From Nitrospirota bacterium (lineage in GTDB: Bacteria; Nitrospirota; UBA9217): 64,000 nt of DNA. A program made the position numbers and the translations under genes. Shown here one piece after another: positions 1 to 15,459 of the stretch; positions within the stretch are counted from its first letter, which is position 1, and each line of letters begins with the position of its first letter. The notes beneath the pieces are model-generated. The model saw only the letters and a program-made list of their open reading frames with translations, had not been told where the DNA came from and made no database searches. The DNA lies in the NCBI GenBank assembly GCA_963737155.1, contig CAVTRN010000002.1:2976001-3040000 (forward strand), read 5' to 3'.

Positions 1-409
1 GCATCAACGCTGTAAGGCGGTGCCCCGATTGCGAGGCGATAACGACGCCCGCTCCGCCGCGCGCAATGACGTTGCCGAATTCCTCGAGCACGAGCGCGGT
101 ACCATACAAATCGACCTTGAGGATCGTGGCCGGCGATGCCTGCGAGGGAGAGACACCGGCGGCATGGATGACGCCGGTTATGGTGCCGATTGCCGTGGCT
201 GTCTCAACGAGCGCTTGGACCGACTTGCGCGAGGAGACGTCGATGACAGCGGTGCTCGTCTCGAACCCCGCGTCGCTGAGGACTTTTGCAGCTGCATCGA
301 CGTTATCTTGGCGCAGATCAGCCAGCAGAACGTGCTTGCCTGCGCTGACCCGCCTCGCAATTGCCTGGCCGATCGAGCCTGCACCGATGACGACGATAAC
401 ATTGTTCAT
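1..409 (-). CDS. SDR family oxidoreductase (3' end runs off the window)
   Basis: Manual translation from ATG at 409: MNNVIVVIGAGSIGQAIARRVSAGKHVLLAD...VIHAAGVSP. Rossmann GxGxxG motif; AGGAG-type RBS upstream. Absent from the ORF track because no stop lies in the window. Confidence 0.85.
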   Translation of the reverse strand, partial: MNNVIVVIGAGSIGQAIARRVSAGKHVLLADLRQDNVDAAAKVLSDAGFETSTAVIDVSSRKSVQALVETATAIGTITGVIHAAGVSPSQASPATILKVDLYGTALVLEEFGNVIARGGAGVVIASQSGHRLTALM

Positions 410-441
410 TACGATCACCTTTCTCCTCTCTGCTGTTAAAA

Positions 442-975
442 TCAGGAAATACTCAGTCCACCAATCCAGCTCGACACATTTGAAACTGCAGAGCTTGCAC
501 CAGTTCCATGAATAGCGATTCCCTTTAGCACGGTAGCTTTGGGACATGCTTTGGCAATATCCTGTTCACTATGGCCTATCCCGCTGCCCTCGTGTGTGCA
601 AAAGGGAACAATTATTTTTTCGCAAAAGTCATAGCTTTCCAAAAAAGTGTACACCGGCATGGGCATCGTTCCCCACCAATTCGGGTATCCCAAAAAGATC
701 ACATCGTATGCCCCCATGTTTTCAACTTGTCCCGTCAGCTTTGGCCTGGCTTTGGCACGCAGTTCATTCTTTGCTACTTCCGTAGCTTCCGTATAATCTT
801 TGGGATAGGCTGTGACGGATTCAATATGAAACATGTCACCGCCCGTTATTTGCTTAATCATGTTTGCGACAACTTCTGTATTGCCAACTTTTAGATCGAC
901 AATCCTGCCGCTGACATAATTTTGTCCCTTCCGGGAAAAATAGGCTATCAGGCATTTTTTATTAGCTACATCCAT
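442..975 (-). CDS. Flavodoxin (Flavodoxin_4 type)
   Basis: YFSRKG..GNTE, IFLGYPNWWGTMP and PFCTHEGSG motifs. Confidence 0.9.
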   Translation of the reverse strand: MDVANKKCLIAYFSRKGQNYVSGRIVDLKVGNTEVVANMIKQITGGDMFHIESVTAYPKDYTEATEVAKNELRAKARPKLTGQVENMGAYDVIFLGYPNWWGTMPMPVYTFLESYDFCEKIIVPFCTHEGSGIGHSEQDIAKACPKATVLKGIAIHGTGASSAVSNVSSWIGGLSIS

Positions 976-1065
976 AATGAAACACTCCTCAGGATCCTTA
1001 TTCCAATAATCGTTTTTTATTCTACCGATTCTGGGAAAGTGCCACGGTGTTCATCGCGAGCAGTT

Positions 1066-1767
1066 TCATTTTCGTCCTACCTTGGTGCTGAGAACCTTGC
1101 CTAATATTTCATAGGCATTATTTGCTTCTTTCTTGCCAACTCTGACCTCGAGAACGGATATCAGGCTCCTCATCTGCGCCTCAGTCAGACCCGTATTAAA
1201 TCCGATGGTGATATGAGCTTGCAGCTGGGGATTGACTCCTTCAATACTGGCCAGGGCTGAAATAGTTGCTATCTCTCTGCTCTGGAAACCCAGATTGTCG
1301 CGTCCGAAGATGTCTCCGAAAAGGTGTCCTTTCAAAAAAGCATCAATGGCAGGAGCAAAAGTAATATACTTCCCGGTAGCCGGCGCTCCTATCAGTTTTG
1401 TCTGAATTTCCGTTCCGAGGTCAATGCTGCTTATGCTTGCAGGAATGGGGTTAGGTTCTTTGCCAAGCGTGTCCTTGATGCCGTTCTGTTTCCGTTCTTC
1501 CAGGACGTCCATAAAGGTATTGATACTGTTCAGGCTGCGGGGGAACCCACAATAAGCATACATCTGCACAAGGACTTCCTTGATTTCATTCACGGTCAAA
1601 CCTGCATCCAAGCCATCATTCAACGCCGTTTTCAGCTTCTCCATATTGTCGTTGGCGGTAAAGGCCGCGATGGGTATAATACTTTTCTGTACTGCACTTA
1701 AAGTCTTATTTTTATCCATATCATGCACCTCGGCTATGACTGCAGAGCTAAACAAAATGGCAGACAT
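1066..1767 (-). CDS. Carboxymuconolactone decarboxylase/AhpD-like protein, two CMD domains
   Basis: EIKEVLVQMYAYCGFPRSLN and HLFGDIFGR..REIATISAL motifs; start uncertain. Confidence 0.85.
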   Translation of the reverse strand: MSAILFSSAVIAEVHDMDKNKTLSAVQKSIIPIAAFTANDNMEKLKTALNDGLDAGLTVNEIKEVLVQMYAYCGFPRSLNSINTFMDVLEERKQNGIKDTLGKEPNPIPASISSIDLGTEIQTKLIGAPATGKYITFAPAIDAFLKGHLFGDIFGRDNLGFQSREIATISALASIEGVNPQLQAHITIGFNTGLTEAQMRSLISVLEVRVGKKEANNAYEILGKVLSTKVGRK

Positions 1768-1801
1768 AATATCCAGAAATGCTACGATCTGTTTTTCATA
1801 A

Positions 1802-2209
1802 TTACTTCCTTAATTGACCGTTGTATTCCTGATCAGTCACCTTTTCCATCCATTCAACGTTCTTGCCGTTGAGTGTTCCCGTGATGGCGATATGCGTCAT
1901 GGCGGTTGTTGGTGCAGCTCCATGCCAATGTTTTACTGTTGGCGAGCACCAGATCACGTCTCCTGCTTTGATTTCCTCTATGGGACCACCCACTTCCTGC
2001 GTTCGGCCAACACCGGCAGTAACAATCAGATGCTGTCCTGTCGGGTGAGTGTGCCAATGAGATCTGGCCCCTGGCTCGAAAGTGACATATGCGCCGGAAA
2101 AGTGCGCCGTATCATTTGTAGTAAACAGTGGGTCGATACGTACATTGCCGGTAAACCAATCGGCCGGTCCTTTTGCTGAAGGCTGTGAACCACTTCTTTT
2201 GATGTCCAT
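1802..2209 (-). CDS. Cupin domain protein
   Basis: [16 protein letters not shown] and KHWHGA cupin motifs. Confidence 0.9.
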   Translation of the reverse strand: MDIKRSGSQPSAKGPADWFTGNVRIDPLFTTNDTAHFSGAYVTFEPGARSHWHTHPTGQHLIVTAGVGRTQEVGGPIEEIKAGDVIWCSPTVKHWHGAAPTTAMTHIAITGTLNGKNVEWMEKVTDQEYNGQLRK

Positions 2210-2271
2210 TTTTCACTCCTTGCTGGTATCGTTGCTATCAGTCATTACCTCTTCAGAAAGCACAAAGCGAT

Positions 2272-3288
2272 TTAGGGGCATAGCAGCGTCTTTATTGCGC
2301 GGCGTTCGTCCATCGCGCGGTAGCCCTCGGCTACTTGGTCGAGGGGCAGGGTCAGGTCGAATACCTTGCCGGGGTTGAGATTCCCCTTCAGCACAAGGCC
2401 GATCAGATCGGGCAAATAGCGGCGCACCGGCGCAGGGCCGCCATGAAGATGGACATGAGCGAAGAACAACTCCTGACCATTCAGCTCAACTCCGTGCGGA
2501 ACGCCGACGTAACCTACGTGCCCACCCGGGCGGGTGGCATGAATCGCCTGCATCATCGACTCCTTCGTGCCGACGCATTCCAGTACCGAGTCAGCGCCTA
2601 TTCCTTTGGTCATCTCCTTTATTCGAGCCACGCCTTCGTCACCGCGCTCGGTTACGATGTCAGTCGCGCCAAACTCGCTCGCGAGCTTTGATCGGGACTC
2701 ATGGCGGCTCATCACAATTATGCGCCCGGCACCCATCTGTTTGGCAGAGAGCACGCCGAGCAGCCCGACCGCGCCGTCACCAACGACTACAACCGTCTTG
2801 CCCGGCTTTACGTCGGCCGCGTCCGCAGCAAACCAGCCGGTGCCCATAACATCGGAGAGCGTCAGCAAACTCGGGATCTGGCTGTCCAAGGGAACTGCCG
2901 GAGTCGCCACCAAGGTGCCGTCCGCGTGCGGGACACGCAGAAAGGGCGCCTGGGCACCGCTCATAAGTTCGCGATGCTGGCAGGACGACTGATAACCGAT
3001 CTGGCAGGTGGGGCAGGTGTTGTCTGAGGCGAAGAACGAACCGATCACGAACTGACCACGCCTGATTGAGGTGACCGCGCTGCCGATTTCTTCGACAATG
3101 CCGCAGTACTCGTGCCCCATCGGCGTCGGCTGAGTGACAGGATTGATTCCGCGATAGGGCCACAAATCGGACCCGCACACGCAGGTGGCCGATATCTTTA
3201 TAATGGCATCCGTCGGCTTGACGATTATCGGGAAGTCACGCTCCTCGAAACGCACATCACGCGGCCCGTGTATAACAGATATTTTCAT
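2272..3288 (-). CDS. Zinc-dependent alcohol dehydrogenase family protein
   Basis: CGSDLW, GHEYCG and GDGAVG motifs. Confidence 0.92.
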   Translation of the reverse strand: MKISVIHGPRDVRFEERDFPIIVKPTDAIIKISATCVCGSDLWPYRGINPVTQPTPMGHEYCGIVEEIGSAVTSIRRGQFVIGSFFASDNTCPTCQIGYQSSCQHRELMSGAQAPFLRVPHADGTLVATPAVPLDSQIPSLLTLSDVMGTGWFAADAADVKPGKTVVVVGDGAVGLLGVLSAKQMGAGRIIVMSRHESRSKLASEFGATDIVTERGDEGVARIKEMTKGIGADSVLECVGTKESMMQAIHATRPGGHVGYVGVPHGVELNGQELFFAHVHLHGGPAPVRRYLPDLIGLVLKGNLNPGKVFDLTLPLDQVAEGYRAMDERRAIKTLLCP

Positions 3289-3392
3289 GGTATATATCCT
3301 TATAATGAATTTTGCTCGCCACCGACGTGTGGTGGGCAGATGTTGTTCATACTTTAATTATATATCAGTCTCTGGACGATGCCATGTAGCAC

Positions 3393-4424
<1,032 letters not shown>

Positions 4425-4580
4425 CTATCTTCTGCTCTTATTGTTGTGATCATATCTTACCTCTGAAAGAGCAAAGGTAGGTAGACCAATCCTGCTCATT
4501 TCTTGCCTAATTGTCCGAAACCTACCATAATTGGGTTGACAGCGAAATTGCGTCTGGTAGTATGTGAACAGGAGGCAAGC

Positions 4581-5525
4581 ATGCAAAAGAGAACTCATAA
4601 GCAAGTAATTGGGGATCCCGAACTAGAAGGTGCACTCGAAACCTTGGGAAGGAGTATTGTTCGATGGACCGACAAAATCGACCGGGTCGAGACCGCCATC
4701 CCGGGATTGATACTTGCTCGGCGTGACAAGCCGAGCGAGCCGGTGAGTATCATGTTTGAACCGCGTATCTGCGTCATCGCGCAAGGGGCCAAACGCGTGC
4801 AGCTTGGAGACGACGCGTATGTGTATGACGCACACCATTTCCTGCTTACATCCGTGGATCTGCCCACGGTGGTGCAAGTCATTAATGCGAACCGGGAGAA
4901 GCCCTACCTAGGGCTCGTACTGAGACTCGATCAGCGCGAAATATCTCAACTGATGGTTGACAGCAACCTGCCGCCGCCCCGCCCGCAGCAATCGAGCCGT
5001 GGCATGGCGACCAGCGAGGTCACGAGGCCTCTCCTCACTGCCATTCAACGGTTGATCGATCTACTTGACGAGCCGAAGGACATCCCTATCCTTGCTCCGA
5101 TCATCGAGAGGGAAATTTTCTACCGTTTGCTGGTGGGCGATCAGGGTACACGACTCCGCCAGATGGCGGCGGCGGGAAGTCAGAGCCAGCAGATAGCGCG
5201 GGCGATCTATTGGTTGAAGGATAACTTCACAAAGCCGCTTCGTATCGATGTTCTTGCAGCACAGGTCAATATGAGCACGTCAACTTTCCACCATCATTTC
5301 CGAGAGGTGACGGCCATGAGCCCACTGCAGTACCAAAAATGGCTACGTTTGAACGAAGCGCGACGGTTGATGCTCGCCGAAAACAAGGATGCGACGACCA
5401 CAGCGTTCCAGGTCGGTTATGTGAGCCCTTCCCAATTTAGCCGCGAGTACGGCCGCATGTTCGGCGCACCGCCGTTGCGTGACATCACGAGTTTGCGACA
5501 GACGGCCACTACTGTAGAGACGTAA
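4581..5525 (+). CDS. AraC family transcriptional regulator (YqhC-like), divergent from the oxidoreductase cluster
   Basis: AraC_N domain plus C-terminal HTH (MSTSTFHHHF, SPLQYQK, VGYVSPSQFSREY); GGAGG RBS. Confidence 0.92.
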   Translation: MQKRTHKQVIGDPELEGALETLGRSIVRWTDKIDRVETAIPGLILARRDKPSEPVSIMFEPRICVIAQGAKRVQLGDDAYVYDAHHFLLTSVDLPTVVQVINANREKPYLGLVLRLDQREISQLMVDSNLPPPRPQQSSRGMATSEVTRPLLTAIQRLIDLLDEPKDIPILAPIIEREIFYRLLVGDQGTRLRQMAAAGSQSQQIARAIYWLKDNFTKPLRIDVLAAQVNMSTSTFHHHFREVTAMSPLQYQKWLRLNEARRLMLAENKDATTTAFQVGYVSPSQFSREYGRMFGAPPLRDITSLRQTATTVET

Positions 5526-5689
5526 TACTAAGCATCACCTAATATGTAAATGCCCAATTTTACAAAAATATTCAAATGCCCAACTTTTAGTAAACAAGGG
5601 AAAGGCGGCGTCATAAGCGGATGTCGTGTGGTTACGGAAGGGTAGATATTGATTGAAGAATACAAGCTGAATAAAGCATTAACTTCTGG

Positions 5690-6272
5690 TGAAACCTCCA
5701 ACTACCTCATCTTCTCGTCCCTCCAATACTTATCGCACCACTATCCTGTCTTAATGTAGTTCTCAGAACTGCTTCCGCTGGCGAGTATTTCTTGCCCGAT
5801 ATAGGCGAAACTCCTCCACTCCCTTTTCCGCCGATCGGTACCTTTCGCTATATTGCATATTCTTCAAGCTCTCATCCTGTGGTACATACAACTCATGCCA
5901 TACTATATATTTAATCCTATTGATCGCGAGTGTATCAGGTCTTTTACCTTTCGTCGTGTCAGCATGGACTACGCCATTTGAAGACGGTATGCCATATCGT
6001 GGGTCTAAATACCATCGCGCAACCGCCTCGTAACACGAACGGCTATCAATTCCCTGGTGAACTTGGAGTATGTGCAAGAATTCGTGTATCAACAAGTCCG
6101 TCTTGAAGCGTTGCATGAATTCTGGATCTTCCGGCTTCATTCCCCTTGGTTCATAAATCGCCCTGCACTGTGATTGAAACACAGTATTGTCCCAGTCCGG
6201 ACTGACTCCAATGTAGCCTCTTGCAGGATACGACTTCGCGGTATTTGCCGAGGAACCCTAAATTTTCGGCAT
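5690..6272 (-). pseudogene. Decayed HEXXH zinc-metallopeptidase-like gene
   Basis: LLIHEFLHILQ motif; in-frame TAG after MPKI; a 1-nt frameshift restores GVEEFAYIG; further stops downstream; boundaries approximate. Confidence 0.55.
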
Positions 6273-6332
6273 GTAAATAGCCACCTGTGCTATATTATCT
6301 CATAAAATTAACGTTAAAGTGATGCGGAGGCC

Positions 6333-6596
6333 ATGATGCGTAAGGACTATAATCCACATCTTCGAGCGGCAATTTTAGAGGTAGTCGAAAACCAAATTAC
6401 GAACAATAGCCCACCGGAAACGCGCCAAACATATAAACGTTTAATGCATGAAGGCGTATCGGAGGACGATGCAAAATCACTCATTGGAAGTGTTGTAGCT
6501 GTAAAGATATTCGAAGTTCTAAAGCGTCAAGAGCCGTTCAACCATGATCGTTTTACCCAGGCGCTTCACAGATTACCGGAACCTCCAGAAAGGTAG
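6333..6596 (+). CDS. Small helical hypothetical protein
   Basis: GGAGG RBS; 87-aa ORF (ILEVVENQI..PPETRQTYKRL). Confidence 0.75.
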   Translation: MMRKDYNPHLRAAILEVVENQITNNSPPETRQTYKRLMHEGVSEDDAKSLIGSVVAVKIFEVLKRQEPFNHDRFTQALHRLPEPPER

Positions 6597-6901
6597 TGCG
6601 CGCCCGAGAATATCGGGTCTTATGCAAATATTCGATATGAAGTATGCACTGTTTTAATTCATAATAAAATACGAGGTAATTCCTGAAGTATCGGTGTTTC
6701 CATTCCGTGTAACAGACAATACTTCATCCCAAAATTTTTAACTCACTTTAATTTGCATGTTCCCAATTTAACTCGCCATTATTGGCATAATATATTTTAT
6801 TCTTTCTGATATAATATCAAAAGCAATAGAGAAACTCTTCAATAACGTGATAGGCATGGTATCCTATCTCGAGAAAAATTAATCAGTCGTGGCAGCATTG
6901 A

Positions 6902-9145
<2,244 letters not shown>

Positions 9146-9197
9146 TCGTAGTATAAACGTCTTCGAGAGCTTCTGACAAGGCGGCGATAAAACAATC

Positions 9198-9254
9198 AAC
9201 TAACAAGAGGGTGCAGGCGACGCTTTACAGCGCGCCTGCCCCTTGATGTTACAA
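9198..9254 (+). mobile_element. Isolated integron-type attC site (degenerate)
   Basis: aactAAC-aagag-GGTGCAGGCG-acgctttacagcg-CGCCTGCCCC-ttgat-GTTacaa: AAC/GTT ends, 5-nt spacers, imperfect palindrome, 57 bp. Confidence 0.65.
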
Positions 9255-9298
9255 TTATCATCCAGAATTCTGCATAGATATTTAGTCAACACGAATGA

Positions 9299-9607
9299 AT
9301 GATTGTGGGTGCACGTCGGATGGCCAGATATTTTAGGAAGGTGAATAATTCTGAGATTGAAGATTTCAGGTTCCATGATCTGAGGCATTGCTTTGCATCG
9401 TGGAATAGGCAGGCGGGGGTTGATCTTGACACACTGGCTGATCTGATGGGGCATAAAGATACAAGGATGACTCGGCGTTATGCTCATATTGGGCCAAAGC
9501 ATTTAGCCCACGCGATAAGTCAGCTAGAACAAAGCTACGGGGAATTTAGCACAAATTTAGCACAGTCAAAAGAAAAAGGACTCCAGCATGATGCTGTAAG
9601 CCCTTGA
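9299..9607 (+). pseudogene. C-terminal fragment of a phage-type tyrosine integrase
   Basis: FRFHDLRHCFASW and LMGHKDTRMTRRYAH catalytic boxes; N-terminal part missing. Confidence 0.88.
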
Positions 9608-9609
9608 TA
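9543..9609. promoter_or_regulatory. att-site arm: 11-bp direct repeat plus IHF site
   Basis: AATTTAGCACA twice (9543-9564); TATCAAGGGCTTA on the minus strand (9597-9609) matches WATCAANNNNTTR. Confidence 0.6.
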
Positions 9610-9612
9610 ACT

Positions 9613-9690
9613 TGGCGTCCCCAACCGGATTCGAACCGGTGTTATCGCCGTGAAAGGGCGGTGTCCTGGGCCGGACTAGACGATGGGGAC
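9613..9690 (-). tRNA. tRNA-Glu (TTC)
   Basis: GTCCCCATCGTCTAG...CT-TTC-AC...GGTTCGAATCC...GGGGACGCCA cloverleaf with CCA end. Confidence 0.97.
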
Positions 9691-9795
9691 AATAATGCAG
9701 TTCTTAGTCGTAACTTTAAGTTTTAAGTACTAATTACTTCTAAATCTTGGCTTTCACTAATCTCTCATAACTTAAATCTCTTAACTGCAGATATT

Positions 9796-9871
9796 TGGTG
9801 AGCCGGCTGGGATTCGAACCCAGGACACCCGCCTTAAAAGGGCGGTGCTCTACCTACTGAGCTACCGGCCC
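9796..9871 (-). tRNA. tRNA-Lys (TTT)
   Basis: GGGCCGGTAGCTCAG...CCGCC-CT-TTT-AA-GGCGG...GGTTCGAATCC...CACCA. Confidence 0.97.
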
Positions 9872-10016
9872 GCTCTCGCAGTTTTCTTCAAAGACGCGTA
9901 TATTATCAAAGTAATACTCACTTTGTCAACAAAAAACAAGTATCTCGCAAAGGCATTGGTCATGAGGTAAGGAAATTCGAACAGCGCATTAACTTCCTCC
10001 TGCTCCCAAAACGATT

Positions 10017-12940
<2,924 letters not shown>

Positions 12941-12985
12941 GAATTCCTCCGGAAAAAACTTGCCTTTGATGGTCCATGGTTCTAT

Positions 12986-13021
12986 CGACTAAACCGTTTA
13001 AACGAGTCTAACCGATTAAAT
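12986..13021. repeat. Degenerate 9-mer tandem repeat x4
   Basis: cgactaaac cgtttaaac gagtctaac cgattaaat. Confidence 0.5.
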
Positions 13022-14157
13022 CATTTCATCAATATTTCCTGCGCCGCACCCACACCCGTGCCAAGCTTCACGGGATGGCCCAGACCTTTGAGCACCATTT
13101 CGATGCCGGCAATTGCCGTAATCACGTCAAAGGTGTCTGCATAACCTAAGTGAGCTATGCGGAAGATCTTGCCCTTAAGTTTGTCTTGGCCGCCTGCTCC
13201 CGTGATGCCATACTTGACGCGCAGATCCTTATAGATCGCCTGTCCGTCAACACCTGCTGGCGCCTCAATTGCGGTAAGTGCATTGCTAGGGTTTTCTTTC
13301 GGGAAAAGCTTAAGGCCAAGCGCCAAAGCTCCCGCGCGCGTCGCTCTAGCGAGTCGCTCGTGCCGCGCGAAGACCTTATCCAAACCTTCTGCCTGCAACA
13401 TTTTCACGCATTCGTTCAGCCCGATGATTAGGGTAACCGGCGAGGTGAAGAGCGTCTGGTTTTTTGCCAGGTTCTCACGCTCTTTCTTGAAATTGAAGTA
13501 GAACTTTGGTGTCTTGGCCTCATCGGCCATTTTCCAGGCCTTGTCACTCACCGAGACGAAAGCAAGCCCCGGGGGAAGCATGAGGCCCTTCTGGGAACCG
13601 CCGATCAAAACGTCAATCCCCCACTCGTCGGTCTTGATATCATGCGCAAGCAGGGCAGAAATGGCGTCTACAACAAAGATCGCATTGGTCTTCTTCACTA
13701 TGCCAGCAAGAGTTTTAACGTCATGAAACACACCCGTCGAGGTCTCATTGGCTTGGACAAACACGGCCTTGATCTTCGGGTTTTTCTTGAGCGAAGCCTC
13801 GACCTCTTCGGGCTTCACAGCATAGCCCCATTCCACTATGATCTCTTCCACTTTCATGCCGTATGCTTGGCAGATCTTGGTCCAGCGTTCGCCGAATTTA
13901 CCGCCATTGATGACAAGGACTTCGTCGCCAGGGCTCAAAAAGTTATTCACAGAGCCGACCATACCACCGGTCCCAGTAGAGCAGAGAATGAGTACGTCGT
14001 TTTTCGTCTGGTAGAGCCATTGAAGGCCCTTTTTCGCAGAATCAAGAACGGGAAGAAAATCTGGTGCTCGGTGATGTATGATCGGCATGGCCATGGCCAG
14101 CAGCGCCTCAGGCGGAACCGGTGTCGGGCCGGGGGCCAAAAGATATTTTTTTTGCAT
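13021..14157 (-). CDS. Class V PLP aminotransferase (alanine-glyoxylate/serine-pyruvate family); probable phosphoserine aminotransferase
   Basis: PGPTPVP, NETSTGV, VDAIS, GSQKGLMLPPG; immediately upstream of serA. Confidence 0.9.
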   Translation of the reverse strand: MQKKYLLAPGPTPVPPEALLAMAMPIIHHRAPDFLPVLDSAKKGLQWLYQTKNDVLILCSTGTGGMVGSVNNFLSPGDEVLVINGGKFGERWTKICQAYGMKVEEIIVEWGYAVKPEEVEASLKKNPKIKAVFVQANETSTGVFHDVKTLAGIVKKTNAIFVVDAISALLAHDIKTDEWGIDVLIGGSQKGLMLPPGLAFVSVSDKAWKMADEAKTPKFYFNFKKERENLAKNQTLFTSPVTLIIGLNECVKMLQAEGLDKVFARHERLARATRAGALALGLKLFPKENPSNALTAIEAPAGVDGQAIYKDLRVKYGITGAGGQDKLKGKIFRIAHLGYADTFDVITAIAGIEMVLKGLGHPVKLGTGVGAAQEILMK

Positions 14158-14459
14158 AGGTATATCCTCCATTAATTGAGAGCGTAAACGTCCATAAGGG
14201 AGTTTACGAGAACTACTGTCTTAACGTAATTAATTTGTCTGAAAAAGATTATAGTCTCGCCGGGGCGGGACCTATGCCCGGGGTTGGCGTGTCGCTGGGA
14301 TAATGTGGATGTCTGTGCTGTTTCAAGGGGAAACTGCCTCTCTCTTTGTCTATTTCAGGTCAAAAACCATATGACAGTAGCATAAGCTGGCGAAAATTGT
14401 CAAGAAAATAGTTTGTGCGACTCTACGCAAGCAGGTTACCTTTATAACCTTCAGTTGCG

Positions 14460-14858
14460 TTATTTTTGCACAATATCCATGTACATGCTGAATGAAAGTG
14501 CAGGATTCGTCCGATCATTTGAAAAAACACTGAAATACTTGGAAATAGGTCCACGGCTCCCGGTTGTATCCACGGTCGCTCTAATCTGTCCGACAGCCCC
14601 CGGGTCCAGGTGATTTGAACTAATCACCGCGACAGTGCACCCTCAGGAAGGAACAACCCGATCAATAATCAGGGGCTCATTTCCAACATTGCGGATCTCG
14701 AAAACATGAATTGCCTGTGTCCCCATTATGACTTTTCCAAAATCATATTTAATTTCCATGGTTGCAAGCTTCGGCCCATTAACCACTTGGGCCGGAAGAT
14801 GTCCCACAATCACCGAGAATACAAAAATTGATCCGATGGAAATCAGTATCTTTTTCAT
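14460..14858 (-). CDS. DUF1573-domain exported protein containing selenocysteine (UGA at 14643-14645)
   Basis: Signal peptide; YDFGKV..HVFEIRNVGNEPLII; VVPS-UGA-GCT at the family S-C-G-C-T motif; frame stays open to TAA at 14460; 132 aa. Confidence 0.85.
14609..14628 (-). promoter_or_regulatory. Putative bacterial SECIS hairpin
   Basis: GGUGAUU-AGUUCA-AAUCACC perfect 7-bp stem; loop has G at position 2 followed by U; loop starts 21 nt after the UGA. Confidence 0.7.
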
Positions 14859-15459
14859 ACAACAGCCTTTCACGACAGAATATCTCAGCGTCCGCCGTCC
14901 TCAAATTTGTTACAACCACATTATTACCGACCAGATCATGCTGACCAATTCTTAGCAAGAGATTTAGCCTTTTTCAATAAGCAGCGTGGTCAGCGCGTCA
15001 ATCCGGGTTTTGCCATACTGAAGAGCATGGTTTAAAATTCTGCTTGGACAGATTGGGATAATTTGGATCCGTCGCCTCCATCCGATACATATTTCAATAT
15101 GGAGTATAGGCCGCTTGTCGGCTTGCAACCGGACACCACCATCCACCCGAACGAATTCAAGTTCAATCAGAATGTTTCCGAGCTTTCCTCCCCCAATTGC
15201 GTTGGTAGCTGAGCAGATCACCTGGCTTTTTAACCACTGCCATAGAAGCAAACTCCCTAAGAAACAACAAGTTCTAAACCTAATAAACAATTGATTATAT
15301 GCCCTATGAGCGGATAATGTCAACGGTTTTTGAAGGAAAGTCCTTATTCACATGGGGGTGCGGCCTGAATTATCCAGTAAAAAGTTTAAACGGGAGGATT
15401 CTGAGAAGATATTCTTCAGTGCCGATTATTGGGTTCCGCGATTAATATGGCTAGGCACC

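Noticed and set aside
20-515. Plus-strand ORFs 20..439 and 66..515
   Set aside because: Antisense shadows of the minus-strand SDR and flavodoxin genes.
9299-9607. Integron integrase (IntI) explaining the adjacent attC
   Set aside because: The catalytic boxes are phage-integrase type, and the tRNA/arm/IHF context fits a phage or island integrase.
14964-15323. 119-aa minus-strand ORF
   Set aside because: No recognisable motif and no RBS at its start; likely spurious or a remnant.
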